64,000 nt of DNA from Candidatus Zixiibacteriota bacterium (GTDB lineage: Bacteria > Zixibacteria > MSB-5A5 > WJJR01): assembly GCA_040752595.1 (NCBI GenBank), contig JBFMGX010000004.1:155440-219439 (forward strand). The letters run 5' to 3'. The notes below the pieces were generated by a model that had not been told where the DNA came from, did no database searches, and worked only from the letters and a program-made list of their open reading frames with translations. Position numbers and translations under genes: made by a program. Positions 47,296 to 56,691 of this stretch are shown piece by piece. Position 1 is the stretch's first letter. Every line of letters starts with the position of its first letter.

Positions 47296-48858
47296 ATGAA
47301 CGAGCGTCACGCCTATCCTCTCAAGGTCCTGCTGATATCGACGGTGATGAGCATTGTCGGTTGGGTGTCTGTAGGTCTTGTGCCCTGCGCCGATTCCGTC
47401 AGGGCCGGACCGCCGGATGCGGCCGCTCCTGCGATCTTCACGTTCGGTCATTGCCCGGTCGTTTGGACCGATGGTGCCCCTCGCGAGCTGCGCTCCCGGA
47501 TGGAACGAGTTGTTGCTGAAGCCGCGACCGGTGCCGTCGATGAGGGGCGCACGCGTCTTGTGGTCGAGACCCTGCTCCGCGCATTGGCCAATGAGGGTCA
47601 TCATCATGCGAGCGTCGAGCCACGTGACTTCACCGTGCATGACGCCTCGATCGAATTCACGCTCGCCGTCGATCCGGGTCCGTTGACTGTGGTCGCCGGC
47701 TGGCGATTCGAAGGTGTGTCGCGCACCGACACCGTCTGGCTGTCCCGCGTCCTTGATCTGCGCGTCGGCATGACGGCCACGAGGTCGGCGCTGGAAGCGA
47801 TCATGCGGCGACTGCGACGCATCTCTCATTTGCAGTGTGCATCGCCTCCGGAACTCGAGTTGCTTTCGGACGATACACTGGCAATCGTCACTGTCTACGT
47901 GCGCGAACTGCCCGCGACGACGTTTGCCGGGGCACTGGCGGCCGGAGAGGGAGGCAGTGCTGCCGGTGCACCGCTCTCGGGGAATCTGGCGCTGGGAATG
48001 GCCGGCATGTTCCGCCGGGACCGCTCGTTTGGACTGCGCTATGAGCGTTGGCGCCGTGATGAGATGCTCTTGCGGCTGGATGTGGCGGAGGCCGGCAAGT
48101 CATGCGGCCGTTGGGATTGGCGTGCGCAGTTGGAAGAGTGGAATCACCGCGATCATCGTCAGCATGCCCGTTTGGAGACCGCTTACCGCCTGGACCGACG
48201 GCATGAGCTCCGTGCCACCGTTCGCGCCCAATGGTCGAAGATCACACCCGATCGCGCCGTCGTGCCCGCGGCCCGAACCACCGAGATTGGCTTGGGCATC
48301 GGCCAGGGCATGATCAAGTACGCGACGCCTGGTTCTGAACCGCCCACGGTCACGTGGTCCTGCCGGCTCACGAATTCGACGCGACGGGAACTGGCGGTGC
48401 CCGGAAGAAGTGGGCGCCGCGAGACGCGTACGTTGTTCGAGTGGAATCTGGCAGGCGGCTTGTGCGTGGGACGCGGCTTGATGCTGACGGTCCGGGGCTG
48501 GGGACGGTCATGGCCGAATTCCGAAACCCGGCTGGGACCGGGCGACGAGTGGTTCTTGGGCGGCTCCGAGTGGTTGCGCGGATACGCCGATCGCACCGTC
48601 ATCGCAACAGCGGGAGTCGCGACGGCACTGGAGCTTTCGGTCTCTCCTGATCGTGCCGTCGGCGCCTCCATCTTCGGCGATGCGGCGCGGCTCTTGCCAT
48701 TCGATCGTGAGACGGGATCACGTCTGACGCCTTACAGCTATGGAGCCGCGGTACTGCTGCGCTCATCGAATCGGAGTGGACGGTTGGAATTCGCTTGGCG
48801 TGATCATGTGGCATGGCGCGACGGAATCGTCCGATTGGCCGTCTCCCAGGGGTGGTGA
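47296..48858 (+). CDS. Omp85-superfamily transporter with an N-terminal POTRA-like domain (TamA/TpsB-like)
   Basis: Signal peptide LKVLLISTVMSIVGWVSVGLVPCADS. POTRA-like region (RTRLVVETLLRALANEGHHHASVEP...FTLAVDPGPLTVVAGWRFEGV). Conserved loop-6 motif WLRGYADRT (the VRGY/F tetrad of Omp85 proteins). Ends ...RLAVSQGW. Confidence 0.6.
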   Translation: MNERHAYPLKVLLISTVMSIVGWVSVGLVPCADSVRAGPPDAAAPAIFTFGHCPVVWTDGAPRELRSRMERVVAEAATGAVDEGRTRLVVETLLRALANEGHHHASVEPRDFTVHDASIEFTLAVDPGPLTVVAGWRFEGVSRTDTVWLSRVLDLRVGMTATRSALEAIMRRLRRISHLQCASPPELELLSDDTLAIVTVYVRELPATTFAGALAAGEGGSAAGAPLSGNLALGMAGMFRRDRSFGLRYERWRRDEMLLRLDVAEAGKSCGRWDWRAQLEEWNHRDHRQHARLETAYRLDRRHELRATVRAQWSKITPDRAVVPAARTTEIGLGIGQGMIKYATPGSEPPTVTWSCRLTNSTRRELAVPGRSGRRETRTLFEWNLAGGLCVGRGLMLTVRGWGRSWPNSETRLGPGDEWFLGGSEWLRGYADRTVIATAGVATALELSVSPDRAVGASIFGDAARLLPFDRETGSRLTPYSYGAAVLLRSSNRSGRLEFAWRDHVAWRDGIVRLAVSQGW

Positions 48859-48923
48859 CATTGCCTGAATTCACGCGGTCTGGGCGGCATCCACAAGACG
48901 CTGGCTTGGTCGCCCGCGCCATG

Positions 48924-49022
48924 ATAACCTCTCCCTCCGGCTTGCCCCGAGCGTACTCGAGGGGGAGAGGTCGATCCCTGCCTGCCGGCAGGCACGGCGC
49001 CGAAGGCGGATCGGGTGAGGGA
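48924..49022. repeat. Family-5 composite hairpin element
   Basis: ataaCCTCTCCCTCcggcttgccccgagcgtactcGAGGGGGAGAGGtcg + atccctgcctgccggcaggcacggcgccgaaggcggatcgg + gtgaggga. Confidence 0.6.
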
Positions 49023-49066
49023 TTCCTTCGCACGTCAACTCAGTTCGAGGCAGGAATCCCGACATC

Positions 49067-49948
49067 ATGAGCACACGCACCTCCAGCCCAATGGACTCCG
49101 TCCTCGCCTGGTGGCGTTTGGCGCGCGGCAACAATGCGCTCCTGGCGGGAGCCGCCTCATGGATCGGTGCCTATCTGGCCACTGGACGGTGGCTGCACAG
49201 TGCGCTGCCAGGCGCGATCCTGGCGCCGATTCTCATCGCCGCCGCCGGGAACATCGATAATGACCTACACGACCGCCCGATCGACACACTCAATGGGCTC
49301 GACCGTCCGCTTGTGACGGGAGCCATTTCGGTCGGCGCCGCGCGGATTGTCCGTATTGCACTTCTGTTGCTGGGTCTGGGGGCCGCCTGTGCCTGCGGTT
49401 GGCGCTCCGCGCTGATCGCCATGACCGTTGTGGTCGTCCTCGTCCTCTACAACCGACGGCTCTCGGGAATTCCGGTTTTCGGCAACGTCGCCGTTGCCCT
49501 CACCGGATCCGCGTCGATCGTGTACGGAGCGGTCTGCACTGTGCCGACCGATCCCTCCGACTGGATCGCACCGGGCTGGGGGGCGCTGGCCGCTTTCTGG
49601 CTGCACCTGCCGCGGGAAATCCTGAAGGATGCGCTGGACGTTGCCGGCGATGCTGTCTCCGGACGGCGCACTCTTGCCACAGCCTATGGCCGGGCCCCAG
49701 CCATTCGAGTGGCGGCGCTCCTGATGTCGGTAGCCGCTGTCATCGTGCTCATAATCGGCCTCGGACCTTGGTTCGGGCCTCTCTACCTCTTTGGCGTGAT
49801 CGTCACGATCATCCCGGCGCTCCTACTTGGGGCGGCCCAGTGTTGGTTCAACCCTTCCGAAGACGGCGCTTCTCGTTGGTCCGCGGGTCTCAAGCTGTGC
49901 ATGTTGGCGGGCCTGGCGTGGCTGGCGCTGGGGCGTCTCAATCCGTGA
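49067..49948 (+). CDS. UbiA-family aromatic/isoprenoid prenyltransferase (integral membrane)
   Basis: Eight or nine hydrophobic helices. Asp-rich motif NIDNDLHDRPID (NDxxDxxxD of UbiA enzymes) and a second Asp motif DALDVAGD. Confidence 0.75.
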   Translation: MSTRTSSPMDSVLAWWRLARGNNALLAGAASWIGAYLATGRWLHSALPGAILAPILIAAAGNIDNDLHDRPIDTLNGLDRPLVTGAISVGAARIVRIALLLLGLGAACACGWRSALIAMTVVVVLVLYNRRLSGIPVFGNVAVALTGSASIVYGAVCTVPTDPSDWIAPGWGALAAFWLHLPREILKDALDVAGDAVSGRRTLATAYGRAPAIRVAALLMSVAAVIVLIIGLGPWFGPLYLFGVIVTIIPALLLGAAQCWFNPSEDGASRWSAGLKLCMLAGLAWLALGRLNP

Positions 49949-50030
49949 TCCGGTTGTGATGGCCAGGCAGCCAGGAAACAGTGGAGTCGTCGCCGTTGAC
50001 GCTCCGGTTGTGAGAGCGTTTCTTCGAGCT

Positions 50031-50951
50031 ATGCGGTCTGGTCTGTTTGTGCTCCGCCGCCACATTCTGTTGGGTTTCGCTTTGGCGGGAATGACTGCCA
50101 TCCCGGTCTCGGCGATCGAGATCACCGCGATAATCGATCGACCCTCTCTCAGGGTCGGCCAGTCCGCCACCGTCACCGTGGTGGCGATCCGACGTGACAC
50201 CTTGGCGGAACCGTCACCCCTCCGCGCGTACTTGAACACCGGACCCGAATGGCGCCCTGCCGGTCAGTCCACGGCATCCGAGGAATTCGATCCGCAGGGG
50301 AGAGGCACACGGACCTGGCGATTCCAACTGAAAGCCGTCGCCCCGGCCAAGAGCACCATCGTCCCCGTCGTCGTGACCAGCGATCCGTCCGGCCGCATGG
50401 GACCAGTCGTGCCGGTCCTCGGCGCACCCGTGATGGTCGAGGTCTTGCCGGAATCACGGCTGGGCCGCCGTCTGCTGCTGATCGTGGGAACAACCGCTGC
50501 TGCCGCCGGTGTCTTCCTTGCCGTCGGAATCTGGCGCCGACGCGTCACTCAGCGCCATCGCCATCGCTTGCCTCCCCCATTGGACGAGGCGCTGGGGATG
50601 CTGGCCGAAATCACTGTCCATTGCCGCGAGGACCGCGCCGAGCGACTCCTCAACGATCTCGAGAGGGTCATCCGCGGCTATATTGCACGTCGCTTGGGGG
50701 TTTCTCTGGCCGGGGCAACAATGACGGAGATCGTCAACCTCGTCTCTGTGCGGGTCAAGGACGGCGACGTGCTGGCTCTCTTGGACAGCCTACTACAGCG
50801 TTGCGGCACAACACGATATGCGGGATGGACGGGGACCTTTGCCGACTTGGAAAGCACTGCCCAACTGGCAAGGGACACGCTGGAACGCTTGGACCACGCT
50901 TGGGTTACAACTGGTTCATCGCCGACTGATTCACCCGGACCACGACATTGA
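50031..50951 (+). CDS. Hypothetical secreted/membrane protein (signal peptide, one TM helix near the middle, cytoplasmic C-terminal tail) upstream of moxR
   Basis: Start ATG 50031 (MRSGLFVLRRHILLGFALAGMTAIPVSA); alternative ATG at 49959. TM LLLIVGTTAAAAGVFLAVGIW followed by RRRVTQRHRHR. Its topology resembles BatD, but no sequence family was recognised. Confidence 0.45.
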   Translation: MRSGLFVLRRHILLGFALAGMTAIPVSAIEITAIIDRPSLRVGQSATVTVVAIRRDTLAEPSPLRAYLNTGPEWRPAGQSTASEEFDPQGRGTRTWRFQLKAVAPAKSTIVPVVVTSDPSGRMGPVVPVLGAPVMVEVLPESRLGRRLLLIVGTTAAAAGVFLAVGIWRRRVTQRHRHRLPPPLDEALGMLAEITVHCREDRAERLLNDLERVIRGYIARRLGVSLAGATMTEIVNLVSVRVKDGDVLALLDSLLQRCGTTRYAGWTGTFADLESTAQLARDTLERLDHAWVTTGSSPTDSPGPRH

Positions 50952-50986
50952 TTCTCGGACCAAGGTCACACGAGGAACAACAAACC

Positions 50987-51973
50987 ATGCATCAAGACAT
51001 CGAAGCGATTCAGCAAGAAGTCCAGAAAGCCGGCGCCTTCTGCCGCACACTGAAAGACGCAATTGGACAAGTTGTCGTCGGGCAGTACCAACTTGTCGAG
51101 CGGTTGCTGATCGGGCTTCTGGCCGATGGTCACATCCTTCTTGAAGGCGTGCCGGGGCTGGCCAAGACGCTTTCGGTCAAGACGCTGGCGGCCGCGATCC
51201 GCGCCAAGTTCCAGCGGCTGCAGTTCACGCCCGATCTGCTGCCCGCTGATCTGATAGGGACGATGGTCTACAACCCCACGTCGGGGAGCTTCGCCACCCG
51301 CAAGGGGCCGATCTTCGCCAACATCATCCTGGCCGACGAGATCAACCGCGCCCCGGCCAAGGTCCAGAGCGCCCTGTTGGAGGCGATGCAGGAACGGCAG
51401 GTCACGATCTCCGAGTCGACACACCCTCTACCCAGCCCGTTTCTGGTGCTGGCCACGCAGAATCCGATCGAGCAGGAGGGAACCTATCCGCTCCCCGAGG
51501 CGCAGGTCGACCGTTTCATGCTCAAAGTGATCGTGGGCTACCCGGACAGGGGCGAAGAGCGACAGATCATGGACCGCATGACCGGCGCCGAGGAGATCGC
51601 GGTGCAGCCGGTCATCGAGCCGGGCGACATCCTGCACGCCCGCGGTGTCGTGCGCCGGATCTACATCGACGACAAGGTGAAGGACTACATCGTCAACATC
51701 GTTCATGCCTCGCGCCGTCCGGAGGCGTATGGCCTCGACTTGTCCGGCCTGATCGCCTATGGCGCTTCGCCGCGGGCGTCGATCTATCTCAACCTGGCCG
51801 CGCGGGCGCATGCGTTCATCAATGCACGCGGATACGTCACGCCGGAGGACATCAAGGCGATCGGCCCTGATGTTCTGCGTCATCGCATCATCGTCACCTA
51901 CGAAGCGGAGGCCGAACAGATCACCCCGGCCGCGATCGTGCAGAAGATCTTCGATCACGTCGAGGTACCGTAG
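50987..51973 (+). CDS. moxR: MoxR-family AAA+ ATPase
   Basis: VVGQYQLVERLLIGLLADGHILLEGVPGLAKT (Walker A). ILADEINRAPAKVQSALLEAMQERQVTI (Walker B / sensor). Typical MoxR length. Confidence 0.9.
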   Translation: MHQDIEAIQQEVQKAGAFCRTLKDAIGQVVVGQYQLVERLLIGLLADGHILLEGVPGLAKTLSVKTLAAAIRAKFQRLQFTPDLLPADLIGTMVYNPTSGSFATRKGPIFANIILADEINRAPAKVQSALLEAMQERQVTISESTHPLPSPFLVLATQNPIEQEGTYPLPEAQVDRFMLKVIVGYPDRGEERQIMDRMTGAEEIAVQPVIEPGDILHARGVVRRIYIDDKVKDYIVNIVHASRRPEAYGLDLSGLIAYGASPRASIYLNLAARAHAFINARGYVTPEDIKAIGPDVLRHRIIVTYEAEAEQITPAAIVQKIFDHVEVP

Positions 51974-51992
51974 CGTGTTTGAGACGCGCCGT

Positions 51993-52062
51993 CAGCGGGT
52001 TGAAAACCCGCTGTCCTCGAAATAGCATTCCACGCGGACAGGGGGCTTTCAGCCCCCTGCGC
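51993..52062. repeat. Two REP-like palindromes (CAGCGGGTTGAAAACCCGCTG and GACAGGGGGCTTTCAGCCCCCTGCGC) in the moxR-DUF58 spacer
   Basis: Related to family 4 (GGGGCTTCAGCCCC core). Confidence 0.45.
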
Positions 52063-52088
52063 ATGGCGACAGCGAAACGACCGACATC

Positions 52089-52964
52089 ATGCTCCCCAAA
52101 GACCTCATCGCCCAGATTCGCCGGATCGAGATCCGCACCAACCGGCTGGTCAATGACCTCTTCGGGGGGGAATACCATTCCGTCTTCAAAGGGCAGGGGA
52201 TGGAGTTCGAAGAAGTGCGCGAGTACCTCCCCGGCGATGACATCCGCCTGATTGACTGGAATGTCACCGCTCGTGCCGGAGCCCCATTCGTGAAGAAGTT
52301 CCGCGAGGAGCGCGAACTCCTTGTGATGCTGCTGGTCGATCTGTCCGCCTCGGGACACTTCGGCACGGTCGCCCGCGCCAAGAACCAGGTGGCGGCCGAG
52401 ACCGCGGCGATCCTGGCGTTTTCAGCGATCAAAAACAACGACAAGGTCGGCATGATCGTCTTCACCGATCAGATCGAGCTCTACATTCCGCCGCAAAAGG
52501 GCCGCTCGCATGTGCTGCGTCTGATTCGGGAGATCCTCTACTTCACGCCCCAGCACACCGGCACCGACATCGCGCAGGCATTGGAGTTCTTCGGACGCGT
52601 CACGCGGCGCAAGTCGGTGGCGTTTCTCATCTCCGACTTCCTCGACAAAGGTTGGGAGCGTCCGATCTCCATTGCGCATCGCCGCCACGATCTGATCGCG
52701 GTGCAGGTTCAGGATCCGCGCGAGCGCAACTGGGTCGATGTCGGCCTGATTGAGCTGGAGGACTTCGAAACCGGACGGCGGCAAATCGTCGACACTTCCG
52801 ACCCGGCCGCCCGACGCGCCTTCGAACGCACCGTGACGGTCGCGGATGCCCGCCGTCAACGATACTTCGATTCGATCAAGCTCGACACCGTCACCGTCGC
52901 CACCGATGGCTCCAGTGCCGATGCTCTGGTCCGCTTTTTCCGCCAACGGGAGCGCCGACGATAG
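52089..52964 (+). CDS. DUF58 domain protein (VWA-like), MoxR partner
   Basis: REYLPGDDIRLIDWNVTARAGAPFVKKFREERELLVMLLVDLSASGHFG is the hallmark DUF58 block. Confidence 0.85.
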   Translation: MLPKDLIAQIRRIEIRTNRLVNDLFGGEYHSVFKGQGMEFEEVREYLPGDDIRLIDWNVTARAGAPFVKKFREERELLVMLLVDLSASGHFGTVARAKNQVAAETAAILAFSAIKNNDKVGMIVFTDQIELYIPPQKGRSHVLRLIREILYFTPQHTGTDIAQALEFFGRVTRRKSVAFLISDFLDKGWERPISIAHRRHDLIAVQVQDPRERNWVDVGLIELEDFETGRRQIVDTSDPAARRAFERTVTVADARRQRYFDSIKLDTVTVATDGSSADALVRFFRQRERRR

Positions 52965-53215
52965 ATGGCTAATGTCTCCCCCATGGCCCCCAGTGACCCA
53001 CCCGAAGAGTGGGAGTGCCGTTTTGCAGAATCGGCGTGCATTTGTGGTGTGCGGGTCAGCCCTTGGGCTGACTTCGGACCCGGAGGGTCCGTCTGGTGAG
53101 ACGTGCCAAAGGCCAAATTCGCCCACTGTCGTGGGCGAACGTCAGCCCCAGGGCTGACCGGCACGTGTATGTCCGCCATTGTGCCCCACCCGCAGGGTGG
53201 GATTCCCCGCGACGG

Positions 53216-54187
53216 TTGCGAGTGGCTGCGATTCTGGCGAGCATTCTCCTGCAGGTCGCGGGCGTCCACGCCCAGATTCCTCCACCCGAGCTAATCGTCT
53301 CCACCGACCGTCAAACCGCGACGGTCGGCGATCCAATCGCATTCGTGCTCACGGTGCGCTTCGACTCCACCTTGCGCCTGGGTGTTCCACCACCCGCCGC
53401 GATGCTGGGCCAGTTTGACGTCCTGGGCGACACGGTGGAAAGCGAGGGTGCGCTTCGCGACGGTCGTCGTGAGTACAAACGTCGGTGGCGTTTGGCCGCC
53501 TTCAAGACCGGCGACCTATGGATACCGTCAATCAACGGCGTATTGACCGACAAGAGTGGCGCGACCCGCGCGTGGCGGGCCGATTCGCTGGCGGTCACAA
53601 TCACCAGTGTTCTGGCAGGAAGCGCCGATACCACCGACATTCGCGGCTTGAAAGGCCCCTATGTGGCCGGCCAGCACGCTTGGTTTTGGTGGCTGGCAGG
53701 AGCGTTGATCGTCTTGTTGTTTGCGGCGACATGGTGGTGGGAGCGACGTCGTCGCCGCCGCGCCGCCGTGCTCACAGTGCCGCCGGTCCCCCCTTGGGAA
53801 ACAGCGCTGGCAGCTCTGGCAGCCCTGCACGAGGAAGTCGATCCCGATCAAGATGGCGCGCGGCTCTGGTATTTCCACCTCTCGGAGATCCTGCGTCGGT
53901 ACTGGGACGGACGCTATGGCTGGCAGTCGATTGACCAGACCACGACCGAAATCGCCGCCATTCTGAATGAGGCCCCCTTCAATGGGACCCACCGCCAGCG
54001 GGCGCGCGAGTTCCTCGACCTGGCCGACCAGGTGCGCTATGCCCGTCTCCCGGCGCGCCTAGGGCGGGCGATGGTTGATTGGGAATGGGTGCGCGCATTC
54101 GTGAATGAGACGATTCCCCGTGTCCCCCCGGCCGCGACCGGAAACGAGCCGGAAGTCGGGCAGGTCCCGGCAACCCACGGATCGTGA
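53216..54187 (+). CDS. DUF4381-like membrane protein of the aerotolerance operon (BatIII position)
   Basis: Tentative TTG start at 53216 gives the signal peptide MRVAAILASILLQVAGVHAQ. Single TM HAWFWWLAGALIVLLFAATWWW followed by RRRRRR. Conserved position between DUF58 and batA. Confidence 0.5.
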   Translation: MRVAAILASILLQVAGVHAQIPPPELIVSTDRQTATVGDPIAFVLTVRFDSTLRLGVPPPAAMLGQFDVLGDTVESEGALRDGRREYKRRWRLAAFKTGDLWIPSINGVLTDKSGATRAWRADSLAVTITSVLAGSADTTDIRGLKGPYVAGQHAWFWWLAGALIVLLFAATWWWERRRRRRAAVLTVPPVPPWETALAALAALHEEVDPDQDGARLWYFHLSEILRRYWDGRYGWQSIDQTTTEIAAILNEAPFNGTHRQRAREFLDLADQVRYARLPARLGRAMVDWEWVRAFVNETIPRVPPAATGNEPEVGQVPATHGS

Positions 54188-54210
54188 TATGATGCAACAA
54201 TCGCTGAAGG

Positions 54211-54308
54211 ACCCTCACCCCAACCCTCTCCCTGAAATGGAGAGGGGGAAGTGATCACCTCTCCCTCCGGGAGAGGTCGATCCGCCGCAGGCGGATCGGG
54301 TGAGGGAA
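54211..54308. repeat. Family-5 nested-hairpin element (short-loop variant with outer CCCTCACC/GGTGAGGG arms)
   Basis: aCCCTCACCccaaCCCTCTCCCtgaaatGGAGAGGGggaagtgatcaCCTCTCCCtccGGGAGAGGtcg + atccgccgcaggcggatcgg + GTGAGGGaa. Confidence 0.6.
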
Positions 54309-54360
54309 TGGGAGCGGACGAGCCAGTGAGCGACCGAATGCCGAACAAGCAGGGAAGCAC

Positions 54361-55353
54361 ATGATCCTCCGTTTCGCCAATCCTTGGTTTCTGGGGGCCG
54401 CGCCGCTGATCGTCGCGCTGGTGTGGTGGGAGATTCGCTCCCGGCGGCAGCGCCGTGCCACGGCGTTCTCATCGCTGACTCTGATGGGCGATGTTCGTCC
54501 GTCGTGGCGCGTGCGCTTCCGTTGGCTTCCCTCGGCGGCCCGCATTCTGGCACTGACCGCGCTGTTGGTGGCCATGGCGCGCCCCCAGACCGGGACGGCC
54601 TCGCGCGAGATTACCTCCGAAGGAATCGACATCGTGCTGGCGCTGGATGTCTCCGGTTCCATGAAGGCCGAGGACTTCCAGCCGCACAACCGCCTCTATG
54701 TCGCCAAGCAGGTCATTCGCGATTTCGTCAAGGGGCGTACCAATGATCGCGTCGGGCTCGTGGTCTTCGCCGCCGAGTCGTTCACGCAATGTCCGTTGAC
54801 GCTCGACTACGATGTCCTGCTGAGTCTCCTCGACAAGGTCGATTTCGGCATGATCACCGATGGAACCGCCATCGGCACCGGCCTGGCCAATGCGGTCAAC
54901 CGACTGCGCGATTCCCACGCCAAGAGCCGCATCATCATCCTGTTGACCGACGGTGTCAACAACCGTGGGCAAATCGAGCCGTTGACGGCCGCCGAGATCG
55001 CCAAGACACTCGGGATCAAGGTGTACACGATCGGCGCGGGAAAGCCGGGCACGGCGATGTATCCGGTCGAGGACCCGGTCTTCGGGAAGCGATACATCAG
55101 TCTTCCCAATGAAATCGATGAGGTCGTGCTCCAGAAGATCGCCGACATGACCGGCGGCCGCTACTACCGCGCGCGTTCCGAACAGATGTTGGAACGCATC
55201 TACCGGGAGATCAGTACGTTGGAGAAGACCGAGGTCAAGGTGAAGGAGTATGTTCAGTATCGGGATCTGTTCGCCCACTTCAGCGCTCTGGCCCTGGCGG
55301 CGACCGTCCTCGGCGTGGTCCTGAATGGAACCTGGTTTCGCACGTTGCCGTAG
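54361..55353 (+). CDS. batA: BatA (von Willebrand factor A domain aerotolerance protein)
   Basis: Two N-terminal TM helices, then a VWA domain with the MIDAS motif DIVLALDVSGSM...LLTDGVNNRG. Position in the operon. Confidence 0.85.
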   Translation: MILRFANPWFLGAAPLIVALVWWEIRSRRQRRATAFSSLTLMGDVRPSWRVRFRWLPSAARILALTALLVAMARPQTGTASREITSEGIDIVLALDVSGSMKAEDFQPHNRLYVAKQVIRDFVKGRTNDRVGLVVFAAESFTQCPLTLDYDVLLSLLDKVDFGMITDGTAIGTGLANAVNRLRDSHAKSRIIILLTDGVNNRGQIEPLTAAEIAKTLGIKVYTIGAGKPGTAMYPVEDPVFGKRYISLPNEIDEVVLQKIADMTGGRYYRARSEQMLERIYREISTLEKTEVKVKEYVQYRDLFAHFSALALAATVLGVVLNGTWFRTLP

Positions 55354-55383
55354 AATTTGTTTCGGGATGAGCGCATCATTCAC

Positions 55384-55482
55384 CACCCTCACCCCAGCCC
55401 TCTCCCTGAAAGGGAGAGGGGGTGAGATAACCTCTCCCTCCGGGAGAGGTCGATCCGCCGGAGGCGGATCGGGTGAGGGAGT
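55384..55482. repeat. Family-5 nested-hairpin element (near-identical to 54211-54308)
   Basis: cCCTCACCccagCCCTCTCCCtgaaaGGGAGAGGGggtgagataaCCTCTCCCtccGGGAGAGGtcg + atccgccggaggcggatcgg + GTGAGGGag. Confidence 0.6.
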
Positions 55483-55529
55483 TCTTCCTCTGTCTGTTCC
55501 AACCCAAGCAGACTGAGACGGATTGCACG

Positions 55530-56561
55530 ATGCGTTTCAGTGCCACCACTTGGTTATGGCTTCTCTGGCTGGTTCCACTCGTGGCCGTGTTTCTGGTCTG
55601 GGTCAGTCGGCGTCGCCGGGCGATGGCCGTGCGCTTTGCGGCATCGTCTGCCTGGCAGCGGCTGACCGGCGGAGAGATGTCGCGCCGGCGCTTCTGGCGG
55701 GGAATGCTCCTTGCCGGTGCGCTCGTGCTTTTGATCTTGGGCACAGCGGGACCGCAATGGGGCGCGCGGGCCGTCATGCTCCAGCGGCGCGGGCTCGACA
55801 TCGTGGTGGCACTCGATGTCTCCCGCTCGATGCTCGCCGCTGATGTCAAGCCCAACCGCTTGGAACGCGCCAAGCGCGAGATCGCCGCGGTCTTCGACCG
55901 TCTGGCGGGGGACAGGATCGGCCTCGTGGTCTTTTCCGGCAGTGCCTTTGTGCAGTGCCCCCTGACTCTGGATGCCTCCGCGGCGCGGTTGTTGCTCGAT
56001 GCCGTGGACATCCGTTCGGCCGGTCGTCCCGGCACCGCGCTCGATGCCGCGATCACGACCGCCGCCGGCATGTTCTCTCAGGACGAAAAGCAGTTCAAGA
56101 TCCTCATCGTCGTGACGGATGGTGAGGGCACGGAGGGTGATCCTCTGACGGCGGCTCAAGAGGCGGCGAAGCAGGGAATCCGCATCTACACCGTCGGCAT
56201 CGGCACGCCCGCCGGCGAGCCGATTCCGCTTTCGGATGAGCAGGGCAACCTGACCGGGTTCAAGAAGGACCAGAATGGACAGGTCGTTCTCTCCAGGCTC
56301 GATGAAGTCACCCTGCAGAAGATCGCTCTGGCCACGGACGGCCGCTACTTCCGCGCCGGTCCGGCGCAGATGGAGTTGGACGAGTTGTTCAAGGAGCTAT
56401 CGACGCTCGACAAAAAGGAGATGGAGGGTCGTCTGTTCACCGAGTTCGAACAGAGATTTCAGTACTTCCTCGTCCCGGCCTTTGCGTTGTTGATGGCCGA
56501 GGCCGCGTTGCCGCTGGCACGACGGGGGAAGCGGGACATCCAGCCACCTCCCGGTGCTTGA
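55530..56561 (+). CDS. batB: BatB (VWA domain aerotolerance protein)
   Basis: N-terminal TM helices and a VWA MIDAS motif (DIVVALDVSRSM...IVVTDGEGTEG). Paralog of BatA immediately downstream, as in Bacteroides bat operons. Confidence 0.85.
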   Translation: MRFSATTWLWLLWLVPLVAVFLVWVSRRRRAMAVRFAASSAWQRLTGGEMSRRRFWRGMLLAGALVLLILGTAGPQWGARAVMLQRRGLDIVVALDVSRSMLAADVKPNRLERAKREIAAVFDRLAGDRIGLVVFSGSAFVQCPLTLDASAARLLLDAVDIRSAGRPGTALDAAITTAAGMFSQDEKQFKILIVVTDGEGTEGDPLTAAQEAAKQGIRIYTVGIGTPAGEPIPLSDEQGNLTGFKKDQNGQVVLSRLDEVTLQKIALATDGRYFRAGPAQMELDELFKELSTLDKKEMEGRLFTEFEQRFQYFLVPAFALLMAEAALPLARRGKRDIQPPPGA

Positions 56562-56600
56562 AGAGGACCAAATGACTGGGCTGAGACCATCGCATCGTCT

Positions 56601-56632
56601 GGTGAACAAGGGGCTTCAGCCCCTTGTTCACC
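56601..56632. repeat. REP-like palindrome GGTGAACAAGGGGCTTCAGCCCCTTGTTCACC (family 4) in the batB-batC spacer
   Basis: Perfect 14-bp stem around the GCTTCAGC loop. Confidence 0.55.
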
Positions 56633-56691
56633 GTGCTCATGCGCACACACCGTGGCCGTACTTCCGGCTGTGCCTATTCTCAAGGTCTATC

